Assembly (NCBI RefSeq): GCF_000172995.2
Contig: NC_014729.1
Location: 1,020,001-1,052,000, forward strand
DNA length: 32,000 nt
DNA from: Halogeometricum borinquense DSM 11551
Lineage (GTDB): Archaea > Halobacteriota > Halobacteria > Halobacteriales > Haloferacaceae
Direction of reading: 5' to 3'
Positions 25,973 to 32,000 of this stretch are shown here, one piece after another. The first letter of the stretch is position 1; each line of letters starts with the position of its first letter. Below the pieces are notes generated by a model. That model did no database searches, had not been told where the DNA came from, and was given only the letters and a program-made list of their open reading frames with translations. A program made the translations under genes and the position numbers.

Positions 25973-27086
25973 TCACTCGACTGCTCGGCGTTTCACGAAC
26001 GTCTCGAACAGGGGTGTGTGGCGGACGACCGCGTTTCGTACGCTGCGCAGCGTTGGTGATTCGAGAAACGTCGCGGCGGCCTCGAAACGCGCCTCGCGCT
26101 TGACGCGCCGTACGTCGTCGCGGCGGCGACGCTCGAACCGGTCGAAGGCCGACGACAGGTCGCCGGGACGAGCGGTCGAGAGTTCCTGTGCGAGAACGCG
26201 CATCCTGCAACGCGAGTGATGCACCCATTCCGGAGATCGGGTGAACGGCGTGAGCGGCGTCACCGATGAGGACCACGCGGTCGCCGTGCCATCGCTCGCA
26301 GGCTACGTCTCGAATTCGGTCGAAGAACGGGTCATCGTCGGTGGCATCGAGGAGGCTCGGCAGTTTCCATCCGATTCGCTCGGCGTGTGTCCGCAGTACA
26401 TCGCGCGCCGGAGTCTCCGGTAGCGCGTCGAGTCGGGCCGCGAGGTTGAATCCGACCCGGTCGCCGACGCGTGCGACGAATCCCTCGCTTCCGGGTCCCC
26501 AGACGCTGACCATCTCCGACCCGATGTCGGTGTCCTGTTCGGTCCACAGCGACCAGACGTAGGTGTCGAACTCCCGTTTCGTCCAGTCGTCGAAGCACAG
26601 TCGTCGGACGGCCGAATGGACGCCGTCGGCACCCACGACGAGGTCGAACTGCTCGGTCGTGCCGTCGTCGAACGCGACGGTGACACCATCGCGCTGTTCT
26701 TCGATACGTTCGGGCGTCGTTCCCATCCGAATCCAGTCGTCGGGAACCGTCTCTCGGAGGGCGGCGTGCAAATCAGCCCGATGGATGACTAACAGGAGCG
26801 TTTTCGTCGCGGGGATCGACACGTGCGAGAGGACGCCTCCGTCGCTCGCCCGAACCGCGAAGCTGTCGGGATCAGTCGCACGCCGTCGGACCGCCGCTGC
26901 GCGGTCGAGTTCTTCGAGGACGGTGATGCCGTCACGCCAGAGTCCGAGCCCATATCCAGTCGTCCGCCACTCGGGGGCTTGTTCGACGACAGTCGGTTCG
27001 CGGCCTTGCCGCCGTAGGTAGTTCGCCAGCGTCAGTCCAGCTAAACCGCCGCCGACGATCAGTACGTCGGGATGGGACCGTCGCAT
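25973..27086 (-). pseudogene. FAD-dependent monooxygenase (UbiH/salicylate hydroxylase-like) interrupted by a frameshift near 26195-26205
   Basis: The N-terminal frame (from 27086) reads VLIVGGGLAGLTLA...DRVVLIGDAAHAVHPISGMGASLALQDA and then turns into Arg/Ser-rich nonsense. The expected continuation RVLAQEL...AFDRFERRRRDDVRRV...* is in the frame of ORF 25973..26263. The total span of 1114 nt is not a multiple of 3. Confidence 0.7.
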
Positions 27087-27180
27087 AGTTCAGACGAACC
27101 GTTCGTTCGACAAAAGTGTCAGTGGGTGGTCCCGTATCCACCCGTTCCGGGCGAGCGAACGTCCAACCGTTTTCGGTGAC

Positions 27181-27200
27181 GACGACGGTCAACCGTCGTT
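27181..27200 (-). terminator. Hairpin (7-bp stem ACGACGG/CCGTCGT, 4-nt loop) downstream of the aminotransferase gene
   Basis: Read directly from the sequence. It lies about 40 nt after the stop at 27238 in the direction of transcription. Confidence 0.3.
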
Positions 27201-27237
27201 CGTCGGCGTCCCGAGTCGCCCCAGAGAAGGTGCCGAC

Positions 27238-28350
27238 TTAGAGATCAGCGACGTCTTCGATAGCGTCGGTCAGGGCTTCGATGCTCGCTACGTCGTGTTC
27301 GCCCATGTGCCCGATGCGGAACGTCTTCTCACCGAGTGCCGACCCGTAGCCGTTCGAGAAGACCATGTCGTACTTCGCAGAGACTTCCTCGATGGTTGCA
27401 GCCACGTCGATTCCGCGCGTGTTCTCGATACAACTCACCGTCTGGGACTCGTACCCGTCTTCGGGGAACATATCGAAGTGGTTGCGCGCCCACTCGCGGG
27501 TGTACTCGGCCATCTCTCGGTGACGCCGACTGCGTTCCTCGTGGCTCTCTTCGAGCATGTGTTTCATCTGCTTGCGGTAGGCCAGCATGATGGGAATCGC
27601 CGGCGTCGAGTGAGTCTGACCCTTCCGGTCGTAGTAGTCGAGCGAGCGCTGGAATCCGCCGTACCACGACGCCGAGTCCGTCTCCAGTTCGCGTTCATAG
27701 GCGTCGTTGCTGACGGCGCAGACGGCCACGCCCGGCGGCATGGCGAACGCCTTCTGCGACGATGCGAAGATGACATCGATGTTGTGTTCGTCGATATCGA
27801 CGTAGTCGCCACCCAGCGACGACACCGCGTCAACGACGAAGTAGGTGTCCGGATATTCGGCGATCACGTCGCCGATCTCCTCGATGGGATTCCGGACGCC
27901 GGTCGAACTCTCGTTCATCACGCAGGCGACGACATCGTAGTGCTTGTCGCTGCGCTCCAGCGCCTCGCGCACGTCTTCGGGTTTGACGGCCTGTCCCCAG
28001 TCGTATTCGAGTCGATCAACGTTCTTGCCCAAGCGTTCGGCCACGTTGGCGTGGCGCTCGCTGAAACTCCCACAGGTCGCCACGAGGATGTTTTCGTCTA
28101 CGAGATTGAGCGTAGACGCCTCCCAGAACTCCGTCCCCGATGCCGTGAGGATAATCACGTCGTTGTCGGTTCCGAGGAACTCCTTCGTGTCCTCGACGAT
28201 GGTCGTGTACAGGTCGGTCATCCGGTCCATCCGGTGACCGAACATCGGTTCGCACATCGCCTCGATCACGTCCTCGCGCACCTCGGTCGGACCCGGGATA
28301 TACAGTTTCTTGTCCGGATAGTCGTCTTTGTATTCGCGTTTCTCGGTCAC
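27238..28350 (-). CDS. Class-V pyridoxal-phosphate-dependent aminotransferase (alanine--glyoxylate / serine--pyruvate aminotransferase family)
   Basis: ...KKLYIPGPTEVREDVIEAM..PM.GHR... is the typical AGXT-family N-terminus, and ...SSQKAFAMPPG carries the PLP lysine. I prefer the GTG at 28350 ((M)TEKREYKDDYPDK), preceded by AGGTGG. The first ATG of the ORF, at 28422, adds an implausible Arg/His-rich leader. Confidence 0.85.
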   Translation of the reverse strand: MTEKREYKDDYPDKKLYIPGPTEVREDVIEAMCEPMFGHRMDRMTDLYTTIVEDTKEFLGTDNDVIILTASGTEFWEASTLNLVDENILVATCGSFSERHANVAERLGKNVDRLEYDWGQAVKPEDVREALERSDKHYDVVACVMNESSTGVRNPIEEIGDVIAEYPDTYFVVDAVSSLGGDYVDIDEHNIDVIFASSQKAFAMPPGVAVCAVSNDAYERELETDSASWYGGFQRSLDYYDRKGQTHSTPAIPIMLAYRKQMKHMLEESHEERSRRHREMAEYTREWARNHFDMFPEDGYESQTVSCIENTRGIDVAATIEEVSAKYDMVFSNGYGSALGEKTFRIGHMGEHDVASIEALTDAIEDVADL

Positions 28351-28426
28351 ATAACCACCTGAGTACGCTCTACTGTGACGGGCGATGGCATGGTACTTTT
28401 GATTCCTGACCGGGTCGCACACGATG

Positions 28427-29080
28427 TCACTTTACGAGCGACCCGTCCGTGAACTGCGTGACGACGGCCGACTCCGCCTTCCGTAGCAGTTCGCCCGCGG
28501 TACTCTTCGCACAGTCGAGTTCGGCGGCCACAGCTTCGACGGTGCCGGTGCGTGGTACGTCGTAGTAGCCGACGGCCACCGCCGCCTCCAACGCCGACTG
28601 CTGCCGTGTCGTCAGATTCGCCGGATTCGACCCTCGCTGAAAATCGTGGACGCGCTCGATTCGCACGTCGAGGAGCGTCCCCAGTTGGCGGTAGAAATCA
28701 CTCAAGTCAGCCGTTTCCCCGACGGCTTCGAACGTTGCGGTACCGTCCTCGAAGAACGTCACCGGCGGGAGAAACACCACGCTCGCTGATGCGAGGAGGT
28801 CGAGAACGTCGTCGTCGAACTCGAACCCCGTCTGATGGGCGAACGCGTACGTTCCGTCGTCGCCCGCGACCAGACTCACGGCTGAAAGGGTGCCGACCGC
28901 AGTGAGCAACTCCCGCACCGTCTCGGGGTCGGTGTCGAACCACGAGAGCGTCGTCACGTTCGCTGTCGGTCCCCAGATCAACAGCTCCATGCGCGAGACA
29001 CCGTCGGTCAGCGCGAGTCGGCGGTGAATCGGATGGGCGAGTTCGGTCGGGTAGCTGACGCCGAACGCGACGCGTTTCAC
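28427..29080 (-). CDS. HTH-10 (bacterio-opsin activator Bat-type) family transcriptional regulator
   Basis: The C-terminal LTTRQQSALEAAVAVGYYDVPRTGTVEAVAAELDCAKSTAGELLRKAES is the HTH_10 domain. The N-terminus (M)KRVAFGVSYP.ELAHPIHRRL is typical for this family. The GTG at 29080 lies 22-29 nt downstream of TTTTATAAG. Confidence 0.82.
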   Translation of the reverse strand: MKRVAFGVSYPTELAHPIHRRLALTDGVSRMELLIWGPTANVTTLSWFDTDPETVRELLTAVGTLSAVSLVAGDDGTYAFAHQTGFEFDDDVLDLLASASVVFLPPVTFFEDGTATFEAVGETADLSDFYRQLGTLLDVRIERVHDFQRGSNPANLTTRQQSALEAAVAVGYYDVPRTGTVEAVAAELDCAKSTAGELLRKAESAVVTQFTDGSLVK

Positions 29081-29101
29081 ACTGGAGAACTGACGCGGTG
29101 A

Positions 29102-29109
29102 CTTATAAA
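29102..29109. promoter_or_regulatory. TATA box (TTATAAAA / TTTTATAA) in the divergent regulator / hydrolase intergenic region
   Basis: A strong consensus-like TATA element, correctly spaced for a leaderless regulator mRNA starting at GTG 29080. It lies 56 nt upstream of the hydrolase ATG. Confidence 0.5.
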
Positions 29110-29164
29110 ATACCGCACCAGTCCGGCAGTTCAATCACTGACGAGGAGTAAGAACACGTATCCG

Positions 29165-30130
29165 ATGGCAAACGGACACGCAACGCGAATGGGCGGAGAC
29201 GACGCCGCGGGGGGTGCCGACGTTCGGACTGTCAGCGTAAGCGATGGTCGGGATGTCGCATACGCCGAGTACGGGGATTCCGACGGCGTACCGGTCGTGT
29301 TCCTTCATGGGACGCCGGGTTCGCGTCTTCTGGGAGAGATCTTCGACGAACGGGCACGGCGCGACGGCGTCCGTCTCCTCGCACTCGACCGACCGGGATA
29401 CGGCCGTTCGGATCCGTGGCCGGCGCGGACGCTGAGTGATACGGGGTCGTTCGTCACCGCTGTATTGGACGACGCGGGTGTGTCGCGTGCCGGCGTCGTC
29501 GGATTCTCCGGCGGCGGCCCGCACGCACTCGCCGTCGCGGCGACGCACGGCGAGCGTGTCCAGCGCGTTGATGTCGTCGCAGGTGCGGTCCCGCCATCAC
29601 GTAGAGAGTCGCCGCCGCTGGCGCTTCGCGTTCTCGAAATCTTGGCGAGCGCGACGCCGACGCTCGCACGTGGGTTATCGAGACTGCAGTCGGTGCTGGT
29701 GGCGCGGTCGGACCCTTCGGCGGTCGTCTCGCAGTACACCGACTCGCGAGACGCCGACGGCATCTCCTCGGCGGTATCCGAACTCGTCAAGCGCGACTTC
29801 GTAGAGGCGTTGGCGAATCACCGGAGCGGGTTCGTCGCTGAAACGCGGACGCTCGCGCGGGAATGGGATTTCTCGACCGGGAACGTCACGTCAGCAGTGC
29901 AGTTGTGGCACGGTGGGCGGGACAGCAACGTGCCTGTCGAAGGCGCACAACGGCTTGCAGAGCAGTTGCCGGACGCGACGCTGACTGTATTGGACGACGC
30001 CGACCATCTGCGAACGCTTCTGCAGAGCGGTGATCGGATTCTCGAAGAGTACGGCCGAGAGTCCGATGGGAACGAAATCGAATCTGTGGAATCAACGTCG
30101 AACGCGGGCCACTCGGCGTCTCGCTCGTAG
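29165..30130 (+). CDS. Alpha/beta-fold hydrolase
   Basis: The oxyanion region reads VVFLHGTPGSR, the nucleophile elbow reads GFSGGG, and there is a C-terminal ...DDADHL (His of the triad). Confidence 0.8.
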   Translation: MANGHATRMGGDDAAGGADVRTVSVSDGRDVAYAEYGDSDGVPVVFLHGTPGSRLLGEIFDERARRDGVRLLALDRPGYGRSDPWPARTLSDTGSFVTAVLDDAGVSRAGVVGFSGGGPHALAVAATHGERVQRVDVVAGAVPPSRRESPPLALRVLEILASATPTLARGLSRLQSVLVARSDPSAVVSQYTDSRDADGISSAVSELVKRDFVEALANHRSGFVAETRTLAREWDFSTGNVTSAVQLWHGGRDSNVPVEGAQRLAEQLPDATLTVLDDADHLRTLLQSGDRILEEYGRESDGNEIESVESTSNAGHSASRS

Positions 30131-30300
30131 CCGACGATACCCTGCGTTCGAACCGCCGTTTCCACAGAAACAACGGCTAGAGCGACGAACCCCGACGAGG
30201 ATTACGACTCGAACCGACAATGCATCACAATTCTGGCTCTTTTTGAAGAGTCTAGAACAAATGTCTAAATATTCCGTGTGTCTCTACGTATCTCGGAAGG

Positions 30301-30307
30301 TTTATAC
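30301..30307 (+). promoter_or_regulatory. TATA box (TTTATAC) for the cold-shock gene
   Basis: Lies 27-33 nt upstream of the ATG at 30334. Confidence 0.45.
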
Positions 30308-30333
30308 ATATACCGCAGTTGTGTCTATATGCA

Positions 30334-30528
30334 ATGGCGAAAGGTAACGTTGATTTCTTCAACGACACAGGCGGTTACGGTTTCATTTCGACGGACGACG
30401 CTGACGACGACGTGTTCTTCCACATGGAAGACATCGGCGGCGAGGACCTCGAAGAGGGAACGGATGTAGAGTTTGAAATTGAAGATGCCCCCAAGGGTCC
30501 GCGCGCGACGAACCTGACGCGCCTGTAA
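30334..30528 (+). CDS. Cold-shock protein (CspA family, OB-fold nucleic-acid-binding)
   Basis: MAKGNVDFFNDTGGYGFISTDD...DVFFHMEDI......EG..VEF.IE.APKGPRA.N, the canonical CSD with RNP1-like GYGFI and RNP2-like VFFH. Confidence 0.92.
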   Translation: MAKGNVDFFNDTGGYGFISTDDADDDVFFHMEDIGGEDLEEGTDVEFEIEDAPKGPRATNLTRL

Positions 30529-30540
30529 CTCGGGACGAAA

Positions 30541-30582
30541 CGCCGCAACGGGCGGCGGACGGACGTACAGGGTTCTGATTTT
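30541..30582 (+). terminator. Hairpin (CGCCGC/GCGGCG, 5-nt loop) followed by a TTTT tract after the csp gene
   Basis: Read directly from the sequence. The stem is 30541-30557 and the T4 run is 30579-30582. Confidence 0.4.
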
Positions 30583-30761
30583 ACGAATGATACAACGTAC
30601 GTAGTTACGTCACTAGCGAGTGGCAGTATGCGATCCGTACGACTCACACGAGTACACTGACGACGGTGAGTGACTTCGCTTGATGGAGCTCTTTGAAGGC
30701 CACCACGCCGCCGTCTCGCCATCTCAGTGTCTTTTTTGTCGCCCAACGACAACGAAAGCGC

Positions 30762-32000
30762 ATGACAGTGTCCGACGAGTCGGACCCGTTCGTTTCCCGA
30801 CTCGATCCCTCGACGCGTCGCACCGCCCGCAAGACGGGCGGTTCGGCCGTCGTCGTTGGTGGAGCCATGGCCGGACTCGCCGCCGCTCACGCCCTCCGCG
30901 CACTCGACTGGGAGGTCGTACTGTACGAGCGCCAGTCGTACGCCGAAAAGCGAGTCAACTGCGGCGAGGCGATGACCGGTGCCGACGCCATCCCGCTGCC
31001 GAAGACCGCCGAATACGGCTTTGCCAACAAACCGCCCGCGTTCGAGGTAGACGTGTTCACCGGCGACACCGGTTCGAGAACACTCGCGGGAAAGGGCGTT
31101 TTCCCGTCCACGGACGCCTACGTCACCGACCGCAACGTAGTCGAGCGAAAGTGGGCCGAACAGGTGGCCGAAGACGGCGTGGACGTACGCGAGTCAACCG
31201 GCGTGACGAAGGCGCAGTTCCGCGAGTTCTCCGAGGAGTTCGACCTCGTCGTGGACGCGACGGGGCAACCGTCGATGGCGAGTAAGGTTGACGGGACGAC
31301 CGACGAGTACGCCGGACGCATGACCGCGCTGAACGCGGACGTGGAGGGTGATTTCTCGGATCTGTACCCGAACTCGCTGATCCTGTTCGAGAATTATCTC
31401 GGCTACTCGTGGGCATTCCCCAAGTCAGAGACGCGCGCGAACGTCGGAATCGGGTGGGCACAAGACAACTTGCCGGACGACTACTACGAGTCGTTCGTCG
31501 CCGCGTGCGAACGCAACGGTTGGCCCGTCCCGGACCGTTCAGCGATGAACGTCTACACTATCCCGCGCGGACCGAGCCTCGATCCCGACCGGGCGTGGGA
31601 CGCCGAGAACTGTATCGCGCGCGTCGGTGACGCCGCAGGTATCGCTAACCGCTTTACCGGCAAAGGGATCTCTCAAGCGGTCGAATCGTCGTATCTACTC
31701 GCGGAACTTGCCGCGGAGGACCGTCTCGACGACTACGCAAGCGAACTGTACGACCGGATGAAAAACGAGTACCGGCTAGCGTACATCGTCCGCGGCGCAC
31801 TCGAAGACGGCCGCCCGGACATCCTCGGCGGCGTGATGGACGCCGTCTCCGGTATCGACGTGGAATCGGTGGACAGAGAACCGAAGTACGCCTTTTCGCG
31901 CCTCGTCCGTCACCCTGTTCTCCTCGCCAAACTCGCCGCCAACCCGACGATGCTCTCGCGTCTGTTGGACGCCTACACCGACAACTGGGAGTTCAGAAAG
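30762..32000 (+). CDS. Geranylgeranyl reductase family / NAD(P)/FAD-dependent oxidoreductase; C-terminus beyond the right edge
   Basis: Not in the ORF track (no stop in the window). From the ATG at 30762 it reads MTVSDESDPF...SAVVVGGAMAGLAAAHAL...YERQ...CGEA...DLVVDATG...YSWAFPK...RVGDAAG..N...GKGI..A, the GGR-family motif order. The listed ORF 30680..31285 is the wrong frame (Arg-rich). Confidence 0.8.
   Translation, partial: MTVSDESDPFVSRLDPSTRRTARKTGGSAVVVGGAMAGLAAAHALRALDWEVVLYERQSYAEKRVNCGEAMTGADAIPLPKTAEYGFANKPPAFEVDVFTGDTGSRTLAGKGVFPSTDAYVTDRNVVERKWAEQVAEDGVDVRESTGVTKAQFREFSEEFDLVVDATGQPSMASKVDGTTDEYAGRMTALNADVEGDFSDLYPNSLILFENYLGYSWAFPKSETRANVGIGWAQDNLPDDYYESFVAACERNGWPVPDRSAMNVYTIPRGPSLDPDRAWDAENCIARVGDAAGIANRFTGKGISQAVESSYLLAELAAEDRLDDYASELYDRMKNEYRLAYIVRGALEDGRPDILGGVMDAVSGIDVESVDREPKYAFSRLVRHPVLLAKLAANPTMLSRLLDAYTDNWEFRK

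Noticed and set aside
30680-31285. 201-aa plus-strand ORF listed in the track
   Set aside because: It is Arg-rich nonsense. The adjacent frame starting at ATG 30762 gives a clean GGR-family flavoprotein that continues to the window edge.

Overview
This window looks like a core chromosomal segment of a halophilic archaeon (class Halobacteria). That is an inference from several observations: G+C-rich coding sequence (about 62% in a gene sample I counted), very acidic predicted proteins, ribosomal protein eS17, an HTH-10/Bat-type regulator, an amphi-Trp protein, a PccX-like small subunit, and TATA-like boxes centred about 27 nt upstream of many start codons (leaderless transcripts).

I can support about 30 protein-coding genes:
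- sucC (5' part only)
- a zinc-ribbon protein, a quinone-oxidoreductase-family dehydrogenase and an SDR
- two tandem NSS/SNF sodium symporters
- pccB-pccX (acyl-CoA carboxylase carboxyltransferase plus small subunit), with birA and pccA 9-11 kb further on
- an amphi-Trp protein and rps17e
- a four-gene translationally coupled operon: cofD, a Dus-like TIM barrel, a CitG-like protein and DUF447
- a low-G+C islet encoding a Tat-exported small protein
- two tandem SAMHD1-type HD phosphohydrolases and an amidohydrolase
- two Usp genes, a sugar O-acetyltransferase, asd and a D-2-hydroxyacid dehydrogenase
- two geranylgeranyl-reductase-family flavoproteins
- a frameshifted FAD monooxygenase
- a class-V aminotransferase, an HTH-10 regulator, an alpha/beta hydrolase and a cold-shock protein

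I found no rRNA, tRNA, CRISPR array, transposase or integrase.

The most interesting leads are:
1. The cofD-coupled trio of uncharacterised cofactor-type genes.
2. The tandem SAMHD1-like pair.
3. The foreign-looking islet with a Tat-secreted Cys-containing protein.
4. Perfect palindromes beside the two separated pcc promoters.

Most of the long ORFs in the track that lie antisense to these genes are high-G+C shadow ORFs.
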